Positions 30,515 to 41,005 of a stretch of 64,000 bases of DNA are shown here, in pieces. A program made the position numbers and the translations under genes. Source of the DNA: a virus. Positions within the stretch are counted from its first letter, which is position 1. Each line of letters starts with the position of its first letter. The stretch is from positions 40,192 to 104,191 of IMG/VR virus record IMGVR_UViG_3300016476_001169; one strand, written 5' to 3'. A model generated the notes under the pieces. It did no database searches. It was not told where the DNA came from and saw only the letters and a list, made by a program, of their open reading frames with translations.

Positions 30515-31183
30515 ATGAATAAAATAATCAACAATTTCTCTATCCAATATAATGATAATTTATCTTTCAATTTCAATGAAGGATGGGAGCCCCTTTTAGC
30601 TTTTTATCAAACATGTGAATTAGAAACCAAAAGATACTTTGCTTCCATTATTAAAGAAGACTGGAATGTAATTGATGTTGGTGCAAACATTGGTATGTTT
30701 TCAGCCTTGTTTGCACAGGTTACCAAAGGTGACATTTTCTTAATCGAAGCTGCAGAGATCAATATGAATATGTTAAAGAATAATCTTAAAGACTTTGGCA
30801 GCAACATTCATTATTTAAAAGAATATCTTTCATCTCAAGTAGAAGAAAAAGAAGGTACAGTGCATTATTTGTGGACTGGGCATGGTTCACAACTGCGCGA
30901 AGAAGGCCTCTTTAATACTAATACTATTGATAATCTTTTCTTGGACTACGAAAGCAAAATCAATCTTATTAAAATTGATATTGATGGTTGGGATTTTCCT
31001 TGTTTAGTAGGGGCAAGAGAAACAATTAACAATCACAGGCCCATTGTTATGGTAGAAGTGATGGATGAAACATTGCAACTCACAGGAAATAAAACACAGG
31101 ATGTATTTGATTTCTTTGAATCTTTAAATTATAAAAATGTAGCTATCTTAGATAAAACCAATTACATTTTTGAAAGTAAATAA
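30515..31183 (+). CDS. FkbM-family SAM methyltransferase
   Basis: IDVGANIG, LIKIDIDG, RPIVMVE. Confidence 0.85.
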   Translation: MNKIINNFSIQYNDNLSFNFNEGWEPLLAFYQTCELETKRYFASIIKEDWNVIDVGANIGMFSALFAQVTKGDIFLIEAAEINMNMLKNNLKDFGSNIHYLKEYLSSQVEEKEGTVHYLWTGHGSQLREEGLFNTNTIDNLFLDYESKINLIKIDIDGWDFPCLVGARETINNHRPIVMVEVMDETLQLTGNKTQDVFDFFESLNYKNVAILDKTNYIFESK

Positions 31184-31185
31184 TT

Positions 31186-31758
31186 ATGTTTGTAGTAACA
31201 CCTTCATTAACAGATAAATTCTTATTAGAAGAAATCCTATTGCTAAGAGATCAATACAATGTAAAGATTTTTGTAGAAACAGGAACACATGTTGGCGCCT
31301 CTGCTCTAATTGCAGCAAAGCATTTTGAAAAAGTTATTACTTGCGAAAATCACCCCTGGTATTATGAAAAAGCAAAAGAAAACATTGAAAAAGAAGGGGC
31401 CCAAAATATTGAATGTCACTTCGAATCCAGTGTTAGTCTTTTTGAGAAAATTTTCCCGCTCGAAGATAGAGCAATTGTATTCCTTGATGCACACGCAGAC
31501 CACGACTTCCCACTATTAAGAGAATTAGAAAAAATCGCTGTTAGCAAAATTAAACCTGTTATTATTATTCATGATTTTTATGTACCCGATGAAAATAACA
31601 ATCCTAAATTCCAATACGATACATGGGAAGGCCATAGAATAGATCTTGATTTTATTCATGATAAATTAATTGAAATTTATGGTGAAGAAAAATTTGTTCA
31701 TTATTATTTACCAGAACAAGAAATCTCAGGCGTAATTTACATCACACCTTATGAATGA
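31186..31758 (+). CDS. class I SAM methyltransferase-like protein
   Basis: FVETGT, FLDAH, IIIHD. Confidence 0.7.
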   Translation: MFVVTPSLTDKFLLEEILLLRDQYNVKIFVETGTHVGASALIAAKHFEKVITCENHPWYYEKAKENIEKEGAQNIECHFESSVSLFEKIFPLEDRAIVFLDAHADHDFPLLRELEKIAVSKIKPVIIIHDFYVPDENNNPKFQYDTWEGHRIDLDFIHDKLIEIYGEEKFVHYYLPEQEISGVIYITPYE

Positions 31759-32602
31759 TTTTATTCAGATTAATAAATTTGCAGAACTCAACGATGACAA
31801 ATTTATTATTTTTTGTAAAACAGATTATTTGAATGAAGCTTTTGAAAAAATTAAAAAGCTAGATAATGATGTTATTTTAATAACTGGAAATAGTGATTAT
31901 GGGATTTATAATAATGGCCCCTTTTTAACTATTAAAGATTTAAATAATAACTTATTATTAAAAACTCATTTAAATGATTTACCAAGAAATATCAAATTCT
32001 GGTTCGCACAAAACAATCTGACAAATATAGATTTTATAATCGCACTGCCCATGGGCCTCGAGAATCATAAAGAATGCATAATACCTAACCACGGGAAAGG
32101 ATGGAATCATGCTATCGAGAAAATAAACATTCTTGAAAATAACATTGACAGGGGCCCATTTAAAAACATTTATCTTAATTGCAACATAGAAACTAATTAC
32201 AACTATAGGAAACAAATAAAAGACTTCTGCAATCTTAATAACATAGATGTAGAAGAAAATCAATTAAATTACAAAGACTTCATAGAAAAAGCTCAACAAT
32301 ACAAGGCTATAATTTGCCCCTCAGGCAACGGACTAGACACACACAGAATGTATGAAGTTTTAGCAATTAAAAGAATACCAATCCTTATTAAATGTGGTGA
32401 ATACCCTATTTATGAAAATTTATTTTCAAAACTACCTTGTGTAATTTTAGATAACATAAATGAGATTAATAATGATAAAATCTCAAATCTTATAGAAGAT
32501 AAAATAAAGAATTTTGATGAGAGTATTTGTAGTTTTTCTTATTGGAGAAATTTTATTCTAGAAAAAAAGAATAGAATTGTACATAAAATACAAGAGGTGT
32601 AA
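31751..32602 (+). CDS. exostosin/GT47-like glycosyltransferase
   Basis: LITGNSD, LPMGLEN, ICPSGNGLDTHRMYEVL. Confidence 0.7.
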   Translation: MNDFIQINKFAELNDDKFIIFCKTDYLNEAFEKIKKLDNDVILITGNSDYGIYNNGPFLTIKDLNNNLLLKTHLNDLPRNIKFWFAQNNLTNIDFIIALPMGLENHKECIIPNHGKGWNHAIEKINILENNIDRGPFKNIYLNCNIETNYNYRKQIKDFCNLNNIDVEENQLNYKDFIEKAQQYKAIICPSGNGLDTHRMYEVLAIKRIPILIKCGEYPIYENLFSKLPCVILDNINEINNDKISNLIEDKIKNFDESICSFSYWRNFILEKKNRIVHKIQEV

Positions 32603-32603
32603 A

Positions 32604-33629
32604 ATGAAAAAAGTACTTGTATTAGGTGGTGGCGGCTTTATTGGAGGCCATTTAGCTAAGAGATTAAAGAACGAAGGCAATTTTGTCAGAGTTGTTGATA
32701 TCAAACCACATGAATACTTTAAACATGAAGACATTTGTGATGAATTTATAGTTGGAGATTTGAGAGACCCCAAATTAGTTAGTACAATTATGTGGGCCCC
32801 TAATCAACATTCAGAAAATGATAAAGAATGCAGCTTTGATGAAGTTTATCAATTAGCAGCAGACATGGGTGGAGCTGGCTACATTTTTACAGGCAATAAT
32901 GATGCTAATGTTATGCACAACTCAGCTCTTATCAATTTAAATGTAGCATACGAAGCAACCAAAAAGAATGTAAAGAAGATCTTTTATTCCTCTTCTGCTT
33001 GTATGTATCCAGAACATAATCAACTTGACCCAGAAAACCCAAATTGCGAAGAATCTTCTGCTTACCCAGCCAATCCAGATTCTGAGTATGGATGGGAAAA
33101 ACTATTCTCTGAGCGATTATTCTTGGCTTTTAATAGAAACTATCATCTTGATGTAAAAATCGCCAGATTCCATAACATTTTTGGACCTCAAGGCACTTAC
33201 AAAGGTGGCAAAGAAAAAGCACCAGCTGCTATGCTTAGAAAAGCAATTGAAACACCTGAAGGTTCAGAAATTGAAGTTTGGGGCGATGGAAGTCAAACAA
33301 GATCATTCTTACATGTAGATGAATGTGTAGAAGCTGTTCTTAGACTAATGGATTCAGATTTTAAGGGGCCCGTTAATATTGGTTCAGAAGAAATGGTGAC
33401 CATTAATCAATTGGCTCAAATGGCTATCCAGTTATCAGGTAAAAACATTACAATCAAAAACATCTACGGGCAAGAATTTATTGACAAGTATGGATTCAAA
33501 TGTCCAACAGGAGTCAAAGGTAGAAACTCTGATAATAGACTCTATAAAGAAAAGATTGGTTGGGAAGTATCTCAACCACTTATAGATGGGCTCAAAAATA
33601 CATACGACTGGATGATTACACTTTATTAA
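32604..33629 (+). CDS. NAD-dependent nucleotide-sugar epimerase (GDP-mannose 3,5-epimerase-like)
   Basis: GGGGFIG, QLAADMGG, SSACMYP, YGWEK, RFHNIFGP, KEKAPAA, WGDGSQTRSF, GVKGRNSDN. Confidence 0.9.
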   Translation: MKKVLVLGGGGFIGGHLAKRLKNEGNFVRVVDIKPHEYFKHEDICDEFIVGDLRDPKLVSTIMWAPNQHSENDKECSFDEVYQLAADMGGAGYIFTGNNDANVMHNSALINLNVAYEATKKNVKKIFYSSSACMYPEHNQLDPENPNCEESSAYPANPDSEYGWEKLFSERLFLAFNRNYHLDVKIARFHNIFGPQGTYKGGKEKAPAAMLRKAIETPEGSEIEVWGDGSQTRSFLHVDECVEAVLRLMDSDFKGPVNIGSEEMVTINQLAQMAIQLSGKNITIKNIYGQEFIDKYGFKCPTGVKGRNSDNRLYKEKIGWEVSQPLIDGLKNTYDWMITLY

Positions 33630-33644
33630 TCACCAATTAATCGA

Positions 33645-33688
33645 AGAAAATCGCTCTAAATAAATAGATAAAGAGCGATTTTCTTTTT
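33645..33688. terminator. terminator between convergent genes
   Basis: AAGAAAATCGCTCT...AGAGCGATTTTCTT. Confidence 0.65.
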
Positions 33689-33753
33689 TCAAAAACTCAA
33701 TAGAATTATTTAATTTTTTAAATTTATAAAATAAAAATAAATTGACCAATAAA

Positions 33754-34314
33754 CTAGCCACTAGCAGACTTTGTACGCAAATCATTTAACTTCCTCTTAG
33801 CAAGAGCATCATCAGGGAATTTATTTAAGCATTTTTCTAAAGTTTCAATAGCACTCTTAAAATCACTTTTAGCAACGTAAGCTTCTGCCAAAGAATGATA
33901 AGTTGGGCTAGTGCAGTCAGGGCGCTTGATAGCTTCTGCTAAAAATGGCAAAGCAGAAATGTAATCTTTGTGACTGTAAATAAAAAAGCGGCCAACCTCA
34001 TCCCACATAAAAAAGGTTTCTTCATTCGCCCGTAAACCTTGCATTAAAAGCCTAAATGCCTTATCTTTAAACTCTGCGCCCCTCTTTTTATCATCTACAC
34101 CTAAAGACCAATAATAATAACCTAAATCTGACCAAGTATTTACATCTTTTGGATTGTACTTAACCTTTTGCTGGAGATGATACAACATCTCTGGATAATT
34201 ACCCTTATGAAAATAGTAATCAGATTTAACATGATGATACTGATAGGCTTTATCCTCATCTTTAACTTGATGTAAACTCATTATTGATAAAATAAAAAGG
34301 GGCAAAACATTCAT
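33754..34314 (-). CDS. TPR-repeat protein, possibly exported
   Basis: W..LG..Y, Y..LA..Y, A...L...L...PDD TPR patterns; hydrophobic N-terminus. Confidence 0.75.
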   Translation of the reverse strand: MNVLPLFILSIMSLHQVKDEDKAYQYHHVKSDYYFHKGNYPEMLYHLQQKVKYNPKDVNTWSDLGYYYWSLGVDDKKRGAEFKDKAFRLLMQGLRANEETFFMWDEVGRFFIYSHKDYISALPFLAEAIKRPDCTSPTYHSLAEAYVAKSDFKSAIETLEKCLNKFPDDALAKRKLNDLRTKSASG

Positions 34315-34384
34315 AATCTAAATTCCTTAACAACTGCGTTTATTAAGTGGTATAATTACATTATAAAGTTGATGAGATAAAACT

Positions 34385-35131
34385 ATGAAAAAATTGATTT
34401 ATTTTACATTTGGCAACAATCCTAAGTTCTTAAGATTATTAGACCTCTGTGTAAAGAGTTTAAACAAGACAAATTATAATGGTGATTTATTAATCATCAC
34501 TGACCAGGCTGATGCTGTTAAAAAAGAAATTAAATTTCAGCATAATGTGCACTACTTAGAAGTGCCGCCAGCAGACTTAGAGCAATCTAGTGCAAATAAG
34601 TTTAAAATTTATCAATTTGAATATATTAATGATTATGATAAAATAATTTATTGTGATTTAGACTTCTTGTGGTGTACATCACCAGACATTTTATTTGATC
34701 TTATAACAGAAGATAAAATTTACATTGCACAAGAACCTGGATTGCTTTCATTAGGATACTATAATGCCGGGCTTACACAAGAAGAAGTAGATTTTGTAGC
34801 AGAAAATCAAGTGCTGGGATTTAGTGCTGGATTCTTTGGATTTAAATCTTCTATGATTTATGTATTCCAAGAACTCGATGAACTGTTTAAGAAAAACACA
34901 GTTAAAGCACACTGCTTAGAACAACCTACTTTTGTAACTTATCTATTTAGAAAAAATTTATTTGATGCAGCTTTCAATAACTTGGTAATACATACAGGCT
35001 ATTACTATGTAAGAAACAAAGTAAGACCACAGAATGCAGTAGCTTTACATTTCTCTGGCAAGGTTGGAGACTTCTATCATAAACACACACTAATGTTTGA
35101 ATACTACTTAAAGGCTATACTAGCACCATGA
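34385..35131 (+). CDS. GT8-like glycosyltransferase
   Basis: IIYCDLD, FSAGFF, LEQP, HFSG. Confidence 0.7.
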   Translation: MKKLIYFTFGNNPKFLRLLDLCVKSLNKTNYNGDLLIITDQADAVKKEIKFQHNVHYLEVPPADLEQSSANKFKIYQFEYINDYDKIIYCDLDFLWCTSPDILFDLITEDKIYIAQEPGLLSLGYYNAGLTQEEVDFVAENQVLGFSAGFFGFKSSMIYVFQELDELFKKNTVKAHCLEQPTFVTYLFRKNLFDAAFNNLVIHTGYYYVRNKVRPQNAVALHFSGKVGDFYHKHTLMFEYYLKAILAP

Positions 35132-35664
35132 TAAGATACCAAAATAGAAATTTACTTATAGATAGCTTCCAAAAGAACTTAATTGTAGCTGAAATTGGTG
35201 TTTTTAAGGGCGATTTTTCAAAAATGATGCTCGATCTAATGCAACCAAAAGAACTACACCTTATTGACATCTTTGAAGGCATGATGTGCTCAGGAGATAA
35301 AGACGGAAATAATATTGTTTGGACAAATCTTAATCATGAATTAGAAATCTTGAAAAAGCATTTTTCAGAAAATGAAAACGTGTTTATTCACAAAGGGAAA
35401 AGTGAAAAGATAATGTCTGAATTTTCTGATGATTATTTTGATGTTGTTTACATTGATGGTGATCATTCTTATGAGGGTGTCAAAAGAGATCTAGAAGTAG
35501 CTTACAAAAAAGTTAAAACTGGCGGCTTTATTTGCGGCCATGATTATGGCCTCAAATTTATTAGTGTAATGAATGCTGTAAATGAATTTTGTGCTGCAAA
35601 AAAATTAAAAATTGATTTTCTGACAAATGATGGTTGTCCATCTTTTGGTATTAAAAAAATTTAA
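35128..35664 (+). CDS. class I SAM methyltransferase (Methyltransf_24-like)
   Basis: AEIGVFKG, YIDGDHSYEGV, GGFICGHDY. Confidence 0.85.
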   Translation: MIRYQNRNLLIDSFQKNLIVAEIGVFKGDFSKMMLDLMQPKELHLIDIFEGMMCSGDKDGNNIVWTNLNHELEILKKHFSENENVFIHKGKSEKIMSEFSDDYFDVVYIDGDHSYEGVKRDLEVAYKKVKTGGFICGHDYGLKFISVMNAVNEFCAAKKLKIDFLTNDGCPSFGIKKI

Positions 35665-35741
35665 AAAATTGTTACTGATGCTAATTCCTAATTTCGGGGC
35701 GCCAAGCCATTTTTGTTTTTTGTTTCGCCCGAAGTTAGGAA

Positions 35742-36194
35742 TTACACATCGTGGAATGCACCATTAGAAACGTTAAAACAAAAGAGGCCCCTATTTATAA
35801 ACATTTCAACGCAATCTAAACGATCCTCTACAACAAAACTAATCTTATAACCACCGCGCTCAATGCTATCACACATAGCACTCTTGTAATCGGGCGATTT
35901 TCTAAAATCACGATCACTACGCATAATCAACTGATTATAACTAATCTTATGATGTTCTAACCAACGCTCAGTAAGTTCACGGTTCCTCTCAGGACGACCC
36001 GTAAGAATGTAAATTAAATTATTCTTGCTGAATAGCTTCAACATCTGGGCAACTGGCAAAATAACCTGATCATCCATGCACCCATTATAAAAAGCCTCCC
36101 AATTCTTGGGCTTGTTCTGAACATGGTGCAAACGATGATCACAATTTGCCAAAGTGCCATCAATGTCAAAAATACAAACACTATTTAAACTCAT
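35742..36194 (-). CDS. HAD-family phosphatase (phage PNK 3'-phosphatase-like)
   Basis: FDIDGTLA, LTGRPE, K, VEDR. Confidence 0.85.
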   Translation of the reverse strand: MSLNSVCIFDIDGTLANCDHRLHHVQNKPKNWEAFYNGCMDDQVILPVAQMLKLFSKNNLIYILTGRPERNRELTERWLEHHKISYNQLIMRSDRDFRKSPDYKSAMCDSIERGGYKISFVVEDRLDCVEMFINRGLFCFNVSNGAFHDV

Positions 36195-36248
36195 AGTAAT
36201 ATTATCACCCAAAAAGGTCGCAAACAACATTTATAATAAAACATAACT

Positions 36249-37565
36249 ATGTTTAAAACTTATAACTATCAAAATAGCCTTGTTAAACTTGCAGCTGTGG
36301 AAGACAAAACAGCAATGGATTTAACACCTGAAATGATACAGGCAGTTAAAGAAGATTCTTCCATAACACACCCACTTGTAGAAGAAGCTAAAAAAGACTA
36401 TATTGGTAAAGTTAAAGGCCTCGTACCCTCGCAAGATAAAGAAGCTATAGACCAAATCTGGAATGATTATTTAAGAACACTTAAATCACTCCCAAGAACT
36501 ATCAACGAAGAATTCCCAGATTATCAAACATGGTTGCAAAATAATGAGGCCAACATAGTTAATTGGTACAATGAACACTTTATAACACCAAAAAATCAAA
36601 ATCCGTTTCAAAAATCATTAGAAGAATCTGGATTAGATGTTAAAACCTATGTAGAAGAACACATCGCACCTGGAATCTACCAAAGAGAATTAACATTAGA
36701 TAAATTCCAAAAATTCGGAATTAATCCACAAGTAGAAACAAATAATCCACTTATCAAATTCAATGCACTCATGGATAACTACTCAAGAGGAGTAGCTGAA
36801 CACTTTACACAACAATTAGATGAAATTGAACCAAGTAGTGGTAAAACTATTACATTTGTAACAGGGCATCCTGGTGCTGGTAAATCAACTATCCTAGAAT
36901 TAGACAATTCTGATAAAGATGATCCGTTAAGAAAAACAAAATTTGGGACCCTTATTGATCCTGATGAATTTCAACCTTATTTGCCAGGCTTCAGTGGTGG
37001 AGCTAGATCAGGTGATGTTCTTATCTATGCAAAACAATTAATAGCAAAGAAATTACAAAATGAAGCTATGAATAGAGGACTAGACATAGCAATCCCATTA
37101 GTAGGTGGACAAGCAAACATTCTTGCTAAAGACATAGCTGATGCACTATTGCAAGGCTATAATGTAAATGTAATACATAAAGAATTATCACAAGATGAAA
37201 GCCAACAAAGATCTACAAGTAGAGCAGAAGCTGGTGGTAGATTAATTGCACCTAATACAGGAACAACAAACCCGGCTGCAGCATACCAAGATTTACAAGA
37301 AGGCCCCGAAATTAAAAATAAAATCACCAGTATTCTTAAAGATAGAATTAAAGAAGAAAAGAAACTAGGTGAAATAAAAACAAGACTATTAACAGATGAA
37401 GAAATAGAGGCCCTGCTCAACAGAGTACATTTCTTTAATAGTGACCAAATTGTTACCTCGTCGGTAACTTTCGCGCGAAAAGCAATCAGAGTAGCAAAAA
37501 CCCTCGAATCCATAAGAGAATTCAAAGCAGTAGATACCATAATTAATTTACTAATAAAATTATAG
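36249..37565 (+). CDS. zeta-toxin-like P-loop kinase domain protein
   Basis: GHPGAGKST, IDPDEF, R...R...GGR in C-terminal half. Confidence 0.7.
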   Translation: MFKTYNYQNSLVKLAAVEDKTAMDLTPEMIQAVKEDSSITHPLVEEAKKDYIGKVKGLVPSQDKEAIDQIWNDYLRTLKSLPRTINEEFPDYQTWLQNNEANIVNWYNEHFITPKNQNPFQKSLEESGLDVKTYVEEHIAPGIYQRELTLDKFQKFGINPQVETNNPLIKFNALMDNYSRGVAEHFTQQLDEIEPSSGKTITFVTGHPGAGKSTILELDNSDKDDPLRKTKFGTLIDPDEFQPYLPGFSGGARSGDVLIYAKQLIAKKLQNEAMNRGLDIAIPLVGGQANILAKDIADALLQGYNVNVIHKELSQDESQQRSTSRAEAGGRLIAPNTGTTNPAAAYQDLQEGPEIKNKITSILKDRIKEEKKLGEIKTRLLTDEEIEALLNRVHFFNSDQIVTSSVTFARKAIRVAKTLESIREFKAVDTIINLLIKL

Positions 37566-37677
37566 AAAACTAAAGACATAGGAAATTAAACACTTTTTTT
37601 ATAATCTAATCTATAATGTTGTGTGCTAAGCACACATTTATAAAAATAATCTGTGCAAAGCACATTGAGGAATTAAA

Positions 37678-38184
37678 ATGAGACAAGTATTAGCAGAATT
37701 ACATTCCTTGATCAGCGAACTCGAAGATCAAGGTTTAGTAGCAGAAGCATCAACATTACAAGATGTTTTTGTAAAGATCGCAGCAGAAGATGATGATTCA
37801 GCTTTCCAAGCTGATTTCGACGCAATGATGGACAAGTATGGCGCAGCCAAGATCCTCTCAGCACTCGCAGACGCTATGGGTGATGATGACATGGGTGGCG
37901 ATGATGAAGACGAAACAGCAGCTTTCGCATTCGGCGATAAGCCAGGTGTTGATGGCCCATCAAGAAATGAAATCGTTGGCAAATACTCAGCTATGTACAT
38001 GAGAAGCAATGGCACAATGAATCCTAATGAATTGGCAGCACAAGCTTCTGAAGCTACTGGAACCGAAGTAAGACCTGAAGAAATTACTAGAGGCCCAGGC
38101 TACAATGCTCAAGCAGATATGGCAAAAGAGCTCGGTAAAGACTTTAGCAAAATGCCATACGGCAGAATGTCCCCAACTGAATAA
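37678..38184 (+). CDS. acidic hypothetical protein with shared N-terminal helical tag
   Basis: GAGG SD; LEDQGLVAEASTLQDVFVKIA. Confidence 0.7.
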   Translation: MRQVLAELHSLISELEDQGLVAEASTLQDVFVKIAAEDDDSAFQADFDAMMDKYGAAKILSALADAMGDDDMGGDDEDETAAFAFGDKPGVDGPSRNEIVGKYSAMYMRSNGTMNPNELAAQASEATGTEVRPEEITRGPGYNAQADMAKELGKDFSKMPYGRMSPTE

Positions 38185-38203
38185 TTTTTAATTTTAATTA
38201 ATT

Positions 38204-38236
38204 TAAATCCCCTCATTGAGGGGATTTATTTTTTTA
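38204..38236 (+). terminator. intrinsic terminator
   Basis: TAAATCCCCTCA-T-TGAGGGGATTTA then T-run. Confidence 0.8.
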
Positions 38237-38294
38237 TAGGTTACTAAAGAATCTTTTTATAAATAAAAAGTAATAAACCAATTAGGGATTTACT

Positions 38295-39023
38295 ATGAAA
38301 AACATTTTGGCTCAACTGAATAATGTAGCAACATCATTAGAAGATAAAAATAAAATAGCAGAAGCTAATGCTGTTAATGAAATATTTCTTAAATTAGCTA
38401 AAAAGAAAAAGAAAACAAAAAAGAATGTTCCAACAAACCCAGAACTTTGGGCACAATGCAAAGCTTGGGCAAAGAGAACATTTGATGTATACCCATCAGC
38501 TTACGCCAATGGCGCAGCCGCTAAAAGATATAAATCAAAAGGCGGAGACTGGAAAACAGCATCCAATGACAGTAGCTTTACTAAACTTGCAAAGAAAACA
38601 CCTGAACAACTTCTCGCAGAGATTTATGAAACAGCCGAAAAAGTCAACAAATTAGACGATTCTAAGGGTGATGATAAGCTCGAGGCTCTTATTGAAGAAA
38701 TGATGGGCCACAATAAAGATTTACCAACAATGGAACTTAATCCAGTAAACCATGAAGACATGGCCATTGAAGCAGAATCAAATCTTGAAGATGCTATCAA
38801 TAACTTTGATTCAAACCTCTATAAAGTAGATCCACATGGCGACTGGGTAGGCAGCGAATGGATGAAAATCGATGAGTACATTGAAATGCTCATTGATAAA
38901 TATGGCGATAACATTTTGGATGCACCAGCTGCAATAGATGCTAATCACATAGCATTTGATTCACCAGAAGGATTCCAAGTGATTAACATGGTTCACAAAT
39001 CAAACTGGAATCATGGAAAATAA
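38295..39023 (+). CDS. hypothetical protein with helical tag and PTNPxLW...YPSAYA...YKxKGG domain
   Basis: motif recurrent in large-phage proteins; function unknown. Confidence 0.7.
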   Translation: MKNILAQLNNVATSLEDKNKIAEANAVNEIFLKLAKKKKKTKKNVPTNPELWAQCKAWAKRTFDVYPSAYANGAAAKRYKSKGGDWKTASNDSSFTKLAKKTPEQLLAEIYETAEKVNKLDDSKGDDKLEALIEEMMGHNKDLPTMELNPVNHEDMAIEAESNLEDAINNFDSNLYKVDPHGDWVGSEWMKIDEYIEMLIDKYGDNILDAPAAIDANHIAFDSPEGFQVINMVHKSNWNHGK

Positions 39024-39037
39024 AATTTAAATAATTA

Positions 39038-39066
39038 AAAAGGGGGCTGATTCAGCCCCCTTTTTT
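39038..39066. terminator. bidirectional intrinsic terminator
   Basis: AAAAGGGGGCTG-ATT-CAGCCCCCTTTT. Confidence 0.85.
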
Positions 39067-39566
39067 TACCACCATAATTCAAACCATAATTTAGAAAGAT
39101 AGTCTACTGCTTGCCTGACATCTTTAGCCAAACGCTCTCTTTCTTTAAAGTCCACTGAATTATAATACTTATTAGTAGAATAATAATTTTCAAATGCAGA
39201 AATAATGAATCTTAATTTCTCATCATAAGATTCTGCTGTTTCACCATTGGCAATGCCATTATTAACCTGTAAGAATCTTCTTAATCTAGGAATTAAAAAG
39301 AGGGCCATTGTACGATCTAAATGCCAAGTTTCAGTATCATCAAAGCCAAATTTTTCTCTTTGCTTACGATACATCTTTTTAGTTTTATTATTCTTTTTGT
39401 AAACTTCATTCGCTACACTAAAACATGTATTTGATTTGGGATCTACTTTAGTTCTTTTTTTATTAACAGTTTGCGTTCCACAAACTGCATTCAAGAAATC
39501 ATCTACAGACCCTACCTGAAATCCCTTAGCTTCTAATCTTTTTTTCTTTTCTTCAGTCATTGTCAT
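39066..39566 (-). CDS. hypothetical phage protein
   Basis: ETWHLDRTMA...IPRL...LWW pattern. Confidence 0.65.
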   Translation of the reverse strand: MTMTEEKKKRLEAKGFQVGSVDDFLNAVCGTQTVNKKRTKVDPKSNTCFSVANEVYKKNNKTKKMYRKQREKFGFDDTETWHLDRTMALFLIPRLRRFLQVNNGIANGETAESYDEKLRFIISAFENYYSTNKYYNSVDFKERERLAKDVRQAVDYLSKLWFELWW

Positions 39567-40077
39567 TTACTTCTTTTTCTATCAATTTAAGGAATGCTTC
39601 ATCTTTCTCAATGTCAATAATAATTTGATCAAGTCTATATTGCATTAAATGATCTTTTCTTTTTTGAATTTCTTCTGACGTTGGATGTTTTGGCCTTAAG
39701 TTATTGCTATACACTTCATCTCTTGCTTTGCGCCATTCAGGCACATCACATTCACAATCACTAACACAAATAGCACAATTACAAGATGGGCAAACAGCTT
39801 CATTGCATTTACATTGCCAACAGAATTGCCACTTAAGATTATTTACTAATTCAGCAAGCCTAGTTTCTTCATCCCATTCATGAATTTCCCAATCATCAGC
39901 AGCTAAATCTGCTAATCCAAAAGGTGCATCTTGAGATTCATAAAAATTGCCACTAACAAACATATCAATAAACATATATTTGTCAAAATCGTAATAAGTG
40001 TAAGTGCCCTCATCCCAAGCATTGCGGCGAATAGGCAAGCCGTTTTTTAAGGCGTCAATTACTTCACCAAATTTCAT
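39553..40077 (-). CDS. DUF2829/Tad2-like domain fused to Cys-rich region
   Basis: MKFGEVIDALKNG.PIRRNAW...DLAADDWEI. Confidence 0.6.
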   Translation of the reverse strand: MKFGEVIDALKNGLPIRRNAWDEGTYTYYDFDKYMFIDMFVSGNFYESQDAPFGLADLAADDWEIHEWDEETRLAELVNNLKWQFCWQCKCNEAVCPSCNCAICVSDCECDVPEWRKARDEVYSNNLRPKHPTSEEIQKRKDHLMQYRLDQIIIDIEKDEAFLKLIEKEVNDND

Positions 40078-40406
40078 TCCACTATCTCCCAATCAACCTC
40101 AAGAAGCTCTGCAGCCTCCAATGACCTACCTTGAGAAGATTCTGCTTTAACAAAAAAGCCGCCATTCTCATAAACACAATAGGTAAAATTATTCCAAATT
40201 TTTCTTTTCAGCTTTTTACCATCTAATAAAAATTGAATTATCTGACCTGGCAAAAGATGACCCACATGAGGGTCCTTGATAATTAAACTATCCTGATAAA
40301 TACGATTTATGTCAATCAATTTATCTTTGTAAATTTTATTATAATCTATAAAATTATCTTGATAAATATTAATGAAATCAACAGGCTGTGATGTGCTGGT
40401 ATACAT
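40074..40406 (-). CDS. DUF2829/Tad2-like protein
   Basis: LLDGKKLKRKIW...ELLEVDWEIVE. Confidence 0.5.
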   Translation of the reverse strand: MYTSTSQPVDFINIYQDNFIDYNKIYKDKLIDINRIYQDSLIIKDPHVGHLLPGQIIQFLLDGKKLKRKIWNNFTYCVYENGGFFVKAESSQGRSLEAAELLEVDWEIVE

Positions 40407-40455
40407 AAATTTAAAATCCTTAATCTATTATGGGCCCCCTAATTAAAATTAAATA

Positions 40456-40839
40456 CTAATAAGTAGCTAAAATCTCATCAGGATACTCATAACTAATTCT
40501 AACAGAGGCCTCACCAGGACAATACAACACCCTGGCCTTTACACTCTCTACATAACGATTTGTATCATCAGGCAAAATGCCACAACTTACTAACAAATCC
40601 ATGATAGGCTTTAAACAATTGTCAGGGTCATGCTTGGCAGTCCATTGATAATTTGCAAGAATCAAAATGTCCACCTTTACAGGGAAGGTTGTAGCAGGAG
40701 ACAAATCTTCCTTAACCTTAATGGAATTTAATTCTATCCATTTCCTGTATTTTGCACTCTTTACAAGCTTTCCACGAGCTATTGGGACGTACATCCTGTT
40801 AGCACTAAAAGGAGGCCCCAAAATTACACTATTACCCAT
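40456..40839 (-). CDS. rusA: RusA-like Holliday junction resolvase (second copy)
   Basis: PPFSANRMY, DPDNCLKPIMDLL, ILPDD. Confidence 0.8.
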   Translation of the reverse strand: MGNSVILGPPFSANRMYVPIARGKLVKSAKYRKWIELNSIKVKEDLSPATTFPVKVDILILANYQWTAKHDPDNCLKPIMDLLVSCGILPDDTNRYVESVKARVLYCPGEASVRISYEYPDEILATY

Positions 40840-41005
40840 GATATAAAATCCTTTAAAATAATATTATCGCACAAAAATCGCCCAACCACCACCGGAGGTA
40901 ACAATTAAAGGCAGAATGCAATAACAACACTATAATTAAAAAGGGGCAAACTAATTTAAACAATAAACTTATTATCAAAGGGTTAAATAAAAAAGGAAAA
41001 ATTTT

